A stretch of 64,000 nt of DNA from an uncultured Verrucomicrobiae bacterium (lineage in GTDB: Bacteria > Verrucomicrobiota > Verrucomicrobiia > Chthoniobacterales > Chthoniobacteraceae), in NCBI GenBank assembly GCA_963828525.1, contig CAWHEP010000001.1, positions 64,001-128,000 on the forward strand, in the 5' to 3' direction. Each line of letters starts with the position of its first letter. The first letter of the stretch is position 1. Shown one piece after another: positions 10,613 to 19,636 of the stretch. Below the pieces are notes generated by a model. That model was not told where the DNA came from, made no database searches, and saw nothing but the letters and a program-made list of their open reading frames with translations. A program made the position numbers and the translations under genes.

Positions 10613-10634
10613 TTCTAGGGGTCAGGCTGCATCT
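10613..10634 (-). repeat. 22-bp inverted repeat upstream of RAYT stub
   Basis: ttctaggggtcaggctgcatct; reverse complement of 6368-6389 with 1 mismatch. Confidence 0.85.
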
Positions 10635-10672
10635 ATTGACAGGCTCTGAAGAATCTGTCACCTTGGACGGGT

Positions 10673-10732
10673 ATGGCGAGGAGCATCCGAATCGAGTATC
10701 CAGGAGCGTTTTATCATGTGATGGCGCGCGGC
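10673..10732 (+). pseudogene. N-terminal stub of REP-associated/IS200-like HUH tyrosine transposase (RAYT)
   Basis: MARSIRIEYPGAFYHVMARG, typical RAYT N-terminus; similarity stops after 20 codons; TTGACA at 10636 upstream. Confidence 0.75.
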
Positions 10733-10908
10733 TGGAGGACGGACTGCGACGCGTGCTTCATCGGGCGCTCCACTCCAGTCGCCCTACGGGCTCCTTGCGT
10801 TCCGCACCCAATGAAGCAAATTTGCAACCCACAACGGTGTCATGACTTTTGAGGCAACGCCCCTCATCTCCACCGCTCTTCTGGGTGTCATTTACTTTTG
10901 AGGCAACA
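10733..10908 (+). mobile_element. Orphan IS terminus (IS21-like or similar multi-repeat end)
   Basis: Two repeats ggtgtcatgacttttgaggcaac (10836-10858) and ggtgtcatttacttttgaggcaaca (10884-10908), ending in ...ACA. Confidence 0.55.
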
Positions 10909-11027
10909 AGGGTAGACGAAGTTCAGAAGCGGCGGCCACGTATGCCGGCACTTCTCACCGGGTAAAAACAATCGAAACAACCGGATTATTCGCGAACCTA
11001 CTATTCGGCTGCATTGGCAGCGCGGGA
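10909..11027 (+). repeat. Degenerate direct repeat, right copy
   Basis: Begins immediately after the IS terminus; matches 6034-6126 with a 24-nt extra segment. Confidence 0.75.
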
Positions 11028-11177
11028 CTGCTATTCGGAAAAAAGAGGGGCAGCCCGGCGCACATGGTGCTAGGGGCGATACTGATCGCCTATCCTTACA
11101 TGGTTTCGGATACGATCGCCCTGTTTGTGATTGGCGCGTTGTTAACGGCAGGGCTGTTCATTTTTAGAGCGGATTGA
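10971..11177 (+). CDS. Small (68 aa) membrane protein, no canonical start (ATC)
   Basis: IETTGLFANLLFGCIGSAGLLFGKKRGSPAHMVLGAILIAYPYMVSDTIALFVIGALLTAGLFIFRAD*: three hydrophobic segments. Confidence 0.6.
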   Translation: METTGLFANLLFGCIGSAGLLFGKKRGSPAHMVLGAILIAYPYMVSDTIALFVIGALLTAGLFIFRAD

Positions 11178-11228
11178 TCAGCAGGAAAGGCGCTCGTCAA
11201 CAGCGCCCCGCGCGGTGGATGCGAAAGG

Positions 11229-12434
11229 CTAACGGGCGAGAAGGGCGATCTTATCAACGATATAATCCGCAAAAGGAAAGGCGCAGGTCCAGCCGGGCGA
11301 CACAGCGTTTAGCACGTGCATCGAGCGCTCGTCGCCCTCGACGACAAAGTCCATCTCGAGCTTGCGATTCCGGATATCGAGCAACTGAGCGCGGATGCCC
11401 GGTTTGCCCCAGTGCTTGTAGTTTTCCACGCGCACTCCTCCGGCGATGCGAGAGGCGAGTTTCACTAACCGGGGCCTGGAGTATTTCCTGAGTTCCTCCA
11501 TGGCAAGTTGCTTGAAGTCGAAGCTCGAGGAAAGCATCAAGCCTGCTTCGCGGAAGAGGACTTCGACGAACTCGCCAAACCTGAAATTATCAAAGCCGGC
11601 ATATTGCTCGCGCCAGAAACGCGGGAATGGCGGTCGGGCCGATTTTTGCCCGTCCATCTACGGTGACGGTGAAATGGACGCCCAGGAAGGGGTTTCTCAG
11701 GTCCGGAACGGGGTAGATGTTTGTGCGAAAGGAACCAGCGGGTTCATCCGAGTAAAGGTAGAGGCCTTTGAATGGAAGGATCCGGTAGTGCTCAGAAAAT
11801 CCGAAATCGCGAGCGACCTTGTCGGCATGCAAGTCCAGCGGCGTTTACGATGTAACCGGCTTCGAAGTTACCTGCTGCGGTTTGCGCCTGATTCCCTTTG
11901 CGCCTCATGTATCCCGCGTCTGGTGCAGAACAATGACTCCTTCCTTCGTGGCATCCGAGTTGAAGCGCGTTGATCACCAAACCGGGATCAGTCGTAGAGG
12001 TCTTGGGAGAGAAAAGCGCTCGTTCAAATGTTTTTACGCGAGGCTCTATCTTCCGGGCATCCGCAGTCGGAGAGGTTGTGCAGTTCGACGCCGTTTGCAG
12101 CGGCTCGGGTCAGCAGTTCGTCGAGCATCGGTAGTTCCTCCGCGGACTGGGCGACGACAAGCTTCCCGCACCGGTTGAGAGGGATGCTTTTGGTCGTGCA
12201 GAATTCGGTCAGGCGCTTGTTGCCATCCCGGGCGAATCTGGCTTTCAGCGAATCCGCCGTGTAGTAGAAGCCCGCGTGAATGACACCGCTGTTGCGCCCG
12301 CTGGCATGCTCGCCGCAACGGGGTTCCTTTTCGAGGAGAATGACGCTGGCGTCTGGAAAACGGCACTTGAGAGCGCGCGCGATACTGACACCAATGATGC
12401 CGCCCCCTATGACAAGAAAATCAGAGGATTTCAC
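11229..12434 (-). CDS. lhgO: L-2-hydroxyglutarate oxidase-like FAD oxidoreductase, broken by about five frameshifts
   Basis: VIGGGIIG, HASGRNSGVIHAGFYY, NAAGL/HADKVA, IYPVPDLRNPFLGVHFT, GIRAQL, HVLNAVSPGWT spread over several frames. Confidence 0.8.
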
Positions 12435-12486
12435 TCCAGGGGCGCGGGGATGCCGAGATGCCGCGAGGGGTTTGGCGCTCGGGATT

Positions 12487-14178
12487 TCAGGTGTATGTCC
12501 CAAGGGCTTCATGAACACCTTCTATCGCCATCCCGCCTTCGCCAACAGCAGCGGCGCACCGTTTCACGGAACCACGGCGAACGTCGCCAGCAGCGAAGAT
12601 TCCGGGGCAGCTTGTCTCAAGGTTGCCGGGGTCGCGTCCCGCAGCCTGCCACGCCGGGGCGCTGGCAACCAAAGCGCCAGTTTTGATGAAGCCTTTTTCA
12701 TCGCGCCAAATCTCAGGGGGCAGCCACTCTGCGCATGGCTTGGCGCCGATCATTGAGAAGACTGCGGGAGTTTGGACGGCTCGGCGTTCTTTCGTCCGCG
12801 TATTCTCCAAAACAACGGTCTCCAGGTGGTCTGTGCCGGTCATTTCGCGGATTTCCGTGTTGCAAAGGATCTCGATGTTGGACTTTGTCTCAACGCGACG
12901 GGAGAGATAGCTGGACATGCTTTTGGAGAGATCGTCGCCACGTATCACGAGGAGAACTCTGTCGGCGGATTCGGACAGGAACATGGCAGCCTGCCCGGCG
13001 GAATTGCCGCCGCCTGCCACGATAATGACGGCCCTGCGGCAGAGAGGACTCTCGAGGGCGGTCGCGGCGTAATAGACACCGATGCCTTCGAAGCGTTGGC
13101 GGCCCTCGGCTTCGATGCGGTTGTAGGCGGCCCCCGTCGCGATGATGACGCACTTGGCGCGCAAGGTCGCGGAGCAGCCATCCACTCGGATCGCGGGATG
13201 GTCTCCGTCAACTGTCAACGAGATGGCCCGAGCAGGAGTGGAGATTCGGGCTCCGAAGCGAAATGCCTGGAGCTGCGCGCGATTGGTTAAGTCACCTCCG
13301 CTGATGCCAGTGGGAAAACCAAAGAAGTTTTCAATGAGGGAAGATGAGCCGGCCTGCCCTCCGGGGGCGAAGCTTTCCAGGACAATGGTCTCCAGACCTT
13401 CGGAAGCGCCGTTAAGAGCGGCGGAGAGGCCCGCCGGTCCGGCGCCGACAATGGCAAGATCGCAATGAATCTCCGTGGCGCCGTCCTTGGCAAGGGGCCG
13501 CATTAGGCCCGCGACCTCCGCGACCTGGCGAAGGGAGGGGCGGCGCAGGGCAGACCCGGTGGCTGTGATGAGAGCGGGTAGATCGTGACTCGCGAGCGCG
13601 AACTGTGAGCAGAGGCTGCGGCCGTGCTCGCTTTCGCTCTCAACGAGACGGTGGGGAATGTGATTTTTGTCGAGGAAGTCGTCAAGATGGTGGCCTTCCC
13701 GAGAGCCCGCTGTGGCGACGAGTCGAAGGCCGGCAAAGTCCGGATCGCGTCGCAAGCGCTCCCTGCGCATGATGAAGGCGTTGACGATGGGTTCACCGAC
13801 CCCGGGAAGCTCGGCGAGGGCGTGTCTCAGCGCGACGGCCGGGATCTCCAGAACCTCTGATTGCTCTGCGCTCCCTCGCGCGCTTGCAAGGACCGAGGTG
13901 CCGTTGAGCATCGCCACATCGCCTACGAAATCGCGAGGGCCAGGTGTGGCCAGGATTTGTATGTGGCCGTCGCGGGCCTCGAATACTTCCAACTCGCCTG
14001 TCAGGACGACGGTAAAGGCGACATCCCTCTGACCCGCGCTGAAAACAATCTCGCCTCGCCGCACGATCCGCCGCTTGCCCAGGGGCTCGAGCAGGGCGAG
14101 TTGTTGGTCGTCCAGTTTTGCGAACGCGACCGCCTCGGTGTCCTGATAGAACTGCTCATCCTTGTCGTGCTGATTCAT
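12487..14178 (-). CDS. cNMP-binding domain fused to thioredoxin-reductase-like FAD oxidoreductase
   Basis: N-terminal cNMP fold; GAGPAG, GGQAGSSSLIENFFGFP, GGGNSA, FAAGDVR. Confidence 0.88.
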   Translation of the reverse strand: MNQHDKDEQFYQDTEAVAFAKLDDQQLALLEPLGKRRIVRRGEIVFSAGQRDVAFTVVLTGELEVFEARDGHIQILATPGPRDFVGDVAMLNGTSVLASARGSAEQSEVLEIPAVALRHALAELPGVGEPIVNAFIMRRERLRRDPDFAGLRLVATAGSREGHHLDDFLDKNHIPHRLVESESEHGRSLCSQFALASHDLPALITATGSALRRPSLRQVAEVAGLMRPLAKDGATEIHCDLAIVGAGPAGLSAALNGASEGLETIVLESFAPGGQAGSSSLIENFFGFPTGISGGDLTNRAQLQAFRFGARISTPARAISLTVDGDHPAIRVDGCSATLRAKCVIIATGAAYNRIEAEGRQRFEGIGVYYAATALESPLCRRAVIIVAGGGNSAGQAAMFLSESADRVLLVIRGDDLSKSMSSYLSRRVETKSNIEILCNTEIREMTGTDHLETVVLENTRTKERRAVQTPAVFSMIGAKPCAEWLPPEIWRDEKGFIKTGALVASAPAWQAAGRDPGNLETSCPGIFAAGDVRRGSVKRCAAAVGEGGMAIEGVHEALGTYT

Positions 14179-14264
14179 ACCTGACTGTATGGATGAACGA
14201 GCTTGCCAAAAGGAGAACTTTGATCGGTTTCCTTTCGGGCGGCGTGGCAGAAAGCCAGCTTCGC

Positions 14265-14291
14265 CGCGAAGGGAGGGCGGCTCCCTTCGCG
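14265..14291 (-). terminator. Hairpin downstream of rplQ
   Basis: cgcgaagggag-ggcgg-ctcccttcgcg, 11-bp stem; no clear U tract. Confidence 0.45.
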
Positions 14292-14310
14292 ACGCTGAGA
14301 TTGATCAAAC

Positions 14311-14770
14311 CTATTCGCCGGATGGCTCTTCCGCGGGCTTTGAGGCGGCTTTTGGCGCCTTCTTTGCCTTTGCCGGCTTTGCCTCTACGACCGGGACAGT
14401 TTCCTCGACGACTGGAGCATCGACAAATTCAAGGAAGGCAAGCGGAGCGGAATCGCTCTTCCTTGCGCCCAGCTTGATGATGCGCGTGTAACCGCCCTTG
14501 CGCGCAGCGGCTCGGGGAGCGATTTCGTCAAAAAGTTTTTTGACGGCATCCTTATGCCGGAGGACGGACAGCGCTGTCCTTCGGGAATGCAGCGTGGCTG
14601 CCTTGCCAAGAGTCACCATCTTCTCGGCGACTGGCCGGACTGCCTTCGCCTTGGCTAGTGTGGTCTTGATGCGGTTATGCTCGATGAGGCTGCAAATCTG
14701 GTTCGCGATCAAGGCATCACGATGAGAACGCAGTACGGCCGAGCTTTACGGTTTTCTTTTGGTGGCGCAT
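14311..14770 (-). CDS. rplQ: 50S ribosomal protein L17 (apparent +1 indel at ~14727)
   Basis: MRHQKKTVKLGRTA joins SHRDALIANQICSLIEHNRIKTTLAKAK...GGYTRIIKLG after removing one base. Confidence 0.93.
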
Positions 14771-14781
14771 GAAGGAAAAAC

Positions 14782-15819
14782 CTAGTTGGAATCGCCGTTA
14801 TTGCCGGAGTCGAGGGAAACCAGCGAGGAAGCGGATGGCTCTACAAGGCCAGCTTCAAACTTCTGCCCCAAACCGAGACCCAGTTGCTGCAGTTTGTCCT
14901 TGATCTCATTCAGGGATTTCTTCCCGAAGTTTCTATATTTTAGCATCTCCGCCTCCGTCTTCTGGGCTAGCTGGCCAACAGTGGTGATGTTTGCGTTGTT
15001 CAGGCAGTTCGCGGCGCGCACGGAAAGTTCGATCTCGTTCACGCTCATATTCAGAAGCTTCTTCAGACGGGTGTTCTCCTGGCTGACGGCCTCTGGGGTT
15101 TCATCAAACTCCACAGCGTTCTCGTCGTAATCAACGAAGACATCGAGGTGATGACGCAAAATGGCAGATGCCTGCAAGAGAGCGTCGTCGGGAGTGAGAC
15201 GTCCATCCGTCCACACTTCGAGGATGAGCTTGTCGTAGTCTGTGCGCTGACCGACGCGGGTGTTTTCCACGGCGTATTTCACGCGGGTGACGGGTGAAAA
15301 AATGGAATCGATGGGGATGACGCCAATCGCCTGATCGGGACGCTTGTTTTCTTCGCCGGTGGCAAAGCCGCGTCCAACGCGGACTTCAAGTTCAGCGTCG
15401 AACTTCTGCTTCTTATCAAGTGTGCAAATGATCTGATCCTTGTTGAGCACCTCGCATTGGGCGGAAGACTCGATGTCGCCAGCGGTGATGGGGCCTTCCC
15501 TGTTGACGGAGAGGTTCAGGTTACGGATCTCGTGGTCGTTGGCTTTGAATTTAACCTTCTTCAAGTTGAGAACGATGTCTGTGACGTCCTCCACCATGTT
15601 TGGCAGGGTTGCGAACTCGTGTTGCGCGCCGGAGATTCGAACCGATGTGATTGCGGCGCCTTCGAGCGAAGATAAAAGAACTCGACGGAGGGAGTTGCCT
15701 ACAGTGTGGCCATACCCTGCTTCGAACGGTTCAGCGATGAACTTCGCGTAAGTATCTGAGGATTCGTCCTCTTTCGCGAGGGACTTGGGCATTTCAAAAC
15801 GACCTAAACGGACAGCCAT
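14782..15819 (-). CDS. rpoA: RNA polymerase alpha subunit
   Basis: EPFEAGYGHTVGNSLRRVLLSS, ELSVRAANCL, RNFGKKSL. Confidence 0.97.
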   Translation of the reverse strand: MAVRLGRFEMPKSLAKEDESSDTYAKFIAEPFEAGYGHTVGNSLRRVLLSSLEGAAITSVRISGAQHEFATLPNMVEDVTDIVLNLKKVKFKANDHEIRNLNLSVNREGPITAGDIESSAQCEVLNKDQIICTLDKKQKFDAELEVRVGRGFATGEENKRPDQAIGVIPIDSIFSPVTRVKYAVENTRVGQRTDYDKLILEVWTDGRLTPDDALLQASAILRHHLDVFVDYDENAVEFDETPEAVSQENTRLKKLLNMSVNEIELSVRAANCLNNANITTVGQLAQKTEAEMLKYRNFGKKSLNEIKDKLQQLGLGLGQKFEAGLVEPSASSLVSLDSGNNGDSN

Positions 15820-16064
15820 GGGATATATAAGAGCAGGGAAGGAAACGGCGTGTGAATGACGCGGCAGCTTTCTCTGTTTCTTCCTTTCAAATGCCGGGTT
15901 TCCCTCGACGCGGTGGCGGACGTTCAGCGAACGCCTGCCCGAGGACCAACGGCAACGTGTTTTTTAACGCGCTTGGGGTTAGGAATAAATCACAAGGTGC
16001 TCAGTAGCGCAAGGGAAAGAAGCGAGGATTCAGAATGCGCGGGACGCGGACAGCAAGGGTTCGG

Positions 16065-16400
16065 CTATTTTGCGAATTGCAGAAGCACCATTCCCGAGCC
16101 GATCAGGCAAATGGCGAACCACTGCCACAGGGTGAGAGTGGATTTGAAAAGCACTACGGAAGAAATTTGCAGCAAGAAGAAGCCTCCCCCGAAGCAGAGT
16201 GCGTAGATGATATTCGGATTGCGATCACGCAGGGCGAGTGTGAGGAAGACGGTGCAGAAGAAGCCGATGACATTGCCGGCAACGAACCAAGCAAGGGCCG
16301 TCGCGGGGGTACGCTCATCTACGACCTTGAAACAGAGATTTGCGCCCGCTTGCGCGAGTACGAACCCAAGAACGAGAATCCACGTCCTCAGATTCTTCGC
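16065..16400 (-). CDS. Small four-TM SMR/EamA-like membrane protein (start uncertain)
   Basis: Four hydrophobic helices directly after hpnJ stop. Confidence 0.55.
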   Translation of the reverse strand, partial: AKNLRTWILVLGFVLAQAGANLCFKVVDERTPATALAWFVAGNVIGFFCTVFLTLALRDRNPNIIYALCFGGGFFLLQISSVVLFKSTLTLWQWFAICLIGSGMVLLQFAK

Positions 16401-16405
16401 TCCGA

Positions 16406-17881
16406 CTATCTTGCGACGAGAGGCTGCTGCTCGGGGATCGACTCCTCTTTCCTGGAGCGCATAAACTGGAAAAACTCCATGCCCTCTCGCAACCGGCGCT
16501 GCATGACATGAGAATCCTGGAACATGGTCCAAAGGATCCTGGCAATGGGTTTTGGACGAAAGTAGTACGACTTGTAGAATTTCTCCACGTACTTGAAGAT
16601 CTGCTCTTTGCTGAGGCCATCGTACTGAAGGACGGCGGTCTGCTGACCCCTGTCATCGGTCAGCTCAACCGGGCCGCTGAACCAGCCGTTCTCCTTCGCC
16701 TGCCGGTATAGCTCAGTGCCAGGGTAGGGCGCCGCGAGACTGACCTGCATCGAGAAGGGATCGATTTCTTTCGCATACTCGATCGTTTCCTTGATGGTCT
16801 GGTGCGTCTCACCCGGCAAACCAAGGATGAAGGTACCATGGATCATGATGCCGAGTTTCTTGCAATTCTTGGTAAATTCACGAGCCTGCTCGAGCCGCAC
16901 GCCCTTCTTGATGTTATCAAGTATCTGCTGGTTGCCGCTCTCGTAGCCGACGAGGAGAAGACGCGCGCCATTGTCTTTCATGACCTTCAGAGTGTCATAG
17001 CTGACATTCGCTCGGGCATTACAACTCCAGGTGATGCCGAGCTTGCCCAACTCCACCGCGATCTCCTTCGTGCGTGTAGGATAGGCGGTGAATGTGTCGT
17101 CGTCGAAGAAGAACTCCTGCACCTGGGGGAATAATTCCTTGGCGTGCGCCATTTCCCGATAGACAGCACCTGGCGATTTCGCGCGATACTTGTGACCGCC
17201 GACCGTCTGTGGCCAGAGGCAGAACGTGCATTGCGCCGGACATCCGCGTCCCGTGTAGTGAGAGACGTAGGGATACTTGAGGTAGCCGATGACGTAGTTC
17301 TCGATCGTCAGATCACGCTTGTAGACGTCCATGACGCTCGGGAGGTCGTCAAAGCTTTCGATCAGTCGGCGCTCAGGATTATGAACAATCTTCCCGTCTT
17401 TCCGGTAGCTAAGGCCGTCCACCGTCTCAACAGGTCTGCCTTCAGAGAGTTCCTTGCATGTGAAATCAAACTCCTTACGACACACGAAATCGATTGCGTC
17501 TGACGCGGAGATTGTCTCTTCTGGCAATACTGCGGCATGAGCGCCCACGAAGCCAACGGATGTGTCGGGATCCTGGGACTTCAGAGCTTCCGCGAGCAAC
17601 GCGTCCCCGCGCAGTGTCGGGCTGCTCGTGTGGATGATGACGAGTTCATAATCCTTGGCAATCTTCAGCACATCCTCCATTCCCAAGCCATCGGGAGGAG
17701 CGTCTACCACGCGGCTGCCTTCGATCAAGGCAGCAGGCTGAGCGAGCCATGTGGGATACCAGAACGACCGAATTTCCCGCTTTGCCTGGTAGCGCGAGCC
17801 TGCCCCGCCATCGAATCCCTGCCATGAGGGGGGGTTCAGGAATAGAGTCTTCTTATTATCCACGGCGTTCTTTTGCACCAC
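16406..17881 (-). CDS. hpnJ: Hopanoid-associated radical SAM protein HpnJ
   Basis: LFLNPPSWQGFDGGAGSRYQAKREIRSFWYPTWLAQPAA; RGCPAQCTFC. Confidence 0.88.
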   Translation of the reverse strand: MVQKNAVDNKKTLFLNPPSWQGFDGGAGSRYQAKREIRSFWYPTWLAQPAALIEGSRVVDAPPDGLGMEDVLKIAKDYELVIIHTSSPTLRGDALLAEALKSQDPDTSVGFVGAHAAVLPEETISASDAIDFVCRKEFDFTCKELSEGRPVETVDGLSYRKDGKIVHNPERRLIESFDDLPSVMDVYKRDLTIENYVIGYLKYPYVSHYTGRGCPAQCTFCLWPQTVGGHKYRAKSPGAVYREMAHAKELFPQVQEFFFDDDTFTAYPTRTKEIAVELGKLGITWSCNARANVSYDTLKVMKDNGARLLLVGYESGNQQILDNIKKGVRLEQAREFTKNCKKLGIMIHGTFILGLPGETHQTIKETIEYAKEIDPFSMQVSLAAPYPGTELYRQAKENGWFSGPVELTDDRGQQTAVLQYDGLSKEQIFKYVEKFYKSYYFRPKPIARILWTMFQDSHVMQRRLREGMEFFQFMRSRKEESIPEQQPLVAR

Positions 17882-18000
17882 CAGACACTACGCGTCAAGT
17901 AATTTGCGCCTCCGGTTAGAATCAAGCTTGAGGGGACGCTCCTTGTGCCGGAGGACCCGCAGAATTGAGGCTCGAAGGCGAGGACGAAGGACGCGCGCGG

Positions 18001-18729
18001 CTATTGGGAGCCGGGCAGGACTCGTATCTTGATATTGCGGAAGGAAATGGAACCATGGTCTCCCTGGAGAGCGATCCAGCCAGCGGGCGCTTTTGCGAAG
18101 CCCGGCATGTTTTTGAATTTGCTGGCGGCGACGCGGGCGTTGAAGTCGTCGCTGCCGAGAACATAGTCGAAATATTTTTGCCCGTTTATATCGTGTTCGC
18201 ACAGCGTCGGGCTCAGCAGGAGGCGAACGTGGTTCCACTGGCCAACGGGCTTGGTCGCGTCGAGGATTTTGCCTGTCGCGGGATCAATGGGTGGCTTGTA
18301 AAGCCCATACAGCCAGCCACATCGTATCGGATCAGCAGCCTTTTCGTTATCCTCCAACTGGAATTCCGGGCCCGTGGACCACACCTTGCCACCATCATCC
18401 GTGACCCGATAAATGATGCCGCTATTTCCTCCTTCGGAGATGCTGTAGTCCAAAGTCAGCTCGAACCACGCAAATTTTTCTGTAGTCACGATGTCTCCGG
18501 CATGATGCGGGTCGACACAGACAAGGCAGCCATCTTTCACCTGCCAGCCGGGAAGAACGCCTGGTTTTTTGAAGTTATGCCATCCGGTGAAGTCCACGCC
18601 GTTGAACAGTAGCTTCCACCCACCCGTCTTCTCGGCCGCGCTGAGGGTGTTGATCTGCTGCTCGGGATCCGCAAAGGCGGAGCTGAATCCCAGGAGGCAA
18701 ATAAGAAGGACTTTTTTGAAAGGGGGCAT
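18001..18729 (-). CDS. Secreted DUF1080 (3-keto-disaccharide hydrolase-like) protein
   Basis: Signal peptide; GWKLLFNG, GNSGI, GPEFQL, IALQGDHG...FRNIKIR. Confidence 0.85.
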   Translation of the reverse strand: MPPFKKVLLICLLGFSSAFADPEQQINTLSAAEKTGGWKLLFNGVDFTGWHNFKKPGVLPGWQVKDGCLVCVDPHHAGDIVTTEKFAWFELTLDYSISEGGNSGIIYRVTDDGGKVWSTGPEFQLEDNEKAADPIRCGWLYGLYKPPIDPATGKILDATKPVGQWNHVRLLLSPTLCEHDINGQKYFDYVLGSDDFNARVAASKFKNMPGFAKAPAGWIALQGDHGSISFRNIKIRVLPGSQ

Positions 18730-18823
18730 GCTCAGAAATTAAGGAGTACGGCGCGAAGCCACAATGTCAAAGTGTGCCGCGCCCACCCGGGCAACAGCAT
18801 ACGCATCGAATGGACGGACTATC

Positions 18824-19636
18824 TCACAGATCAGCCTTCATCAGTCTGCGGCAGATGAGAGCGGCGAAAAGCGCGATGTAGGCGAGGGAAGCCAACTCGG
18901 CTTCCAGGGAGGAGAGCGGGTTGCCTAGTCCGGTTTGGACGATGTGGTTCACCGCTTCCGGAATGGGGAGTGGAGTCAGGGCCCCCAATGAATGGTTGGG
19001 CAGGAAGAGGAGGAGGCGTGTCTTAGCGACGCTGAAATAGAATATCCAGCGGAACGCGGTTTCGAAGACGAATACGTACGCCACATAGGCGACAGTTGCC
19101 ATGGCGCTCTGACGAATGAGGATTCCGAAAAGCGTGCCGAGGAGCAGGTAACCGAGGGACTGCAGGAAATACGAGAGGATACTCCCGAACAGGGGAGGCC
19201 CGCTGATACCGTCCAGGTGACCCTCGAAAATCGCCAGAAGGATGTAAACCCCGGTGGAAGCGAGGGCAATCGCGACAAGCCAGACCCCTTTTGACAAAGC
19301 TATTTCCAAGCGTGTGAGGCCGAAGATGAGGCTCTGGCGCAGGGTGCGGTTGCTGAGCTCCATGGTGACCATGGAGATGCCGAAGACCCCGAGTAAAAAG
19401 ATATTCAGCCAGCTTCCGATGCAGGCAAGCACCTGCCAATTCTTAGGGTACTCGAACAAACCCTCCAGCGGATGGGAAGTCGTTCTGCCTGTGCTGAAGG
19501 TCATGTGGTGACCGGAGGCCCTGGCAAGGTAAAGGATGAGGGCGAACGAACCGGCATAAAGAAGAGCGACAACGCGGAACGTCCAATTCGGCGCGTATTT
19601 CTTCCACTCCAGACCAAGCAAGAGCCATAGTTTCAT
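18824..19636 (-). CDS. ABC-2 type permease
   Basis: About six TM segments; ATGA overlap with ATPase gene. Confidence 0.8.
   Translation of the reverse strand: MKLWLLLGLEWKKYAPNWTFRVVALLYAGSFALILYLARASGHHMTFSTGRTTSHPLEGLFEYPKNWQVLACIGSWLNIFLLGVFGISMVTMELSNRTLRQSLIFGLTRLEIALSKGVWLVAIALASTGVYILLAIFEGHLDGISGPPLFGSILSYFLQSLGYLLLGTLFGILIRQSAMATVAYVAYVFVFETAFRWIFYFSVAKTRLLLFLPNHSLGALTPLPIPEAVNHIVQTGLGNPLSSLEAELASLAYIALFAALICRRLMKADL

Noticed and set aside
11229..12434. lhgO as a true pseudogene
   Set aside because: Only indels were seen and motifs are intact; it cannot be separated from sequencing error.
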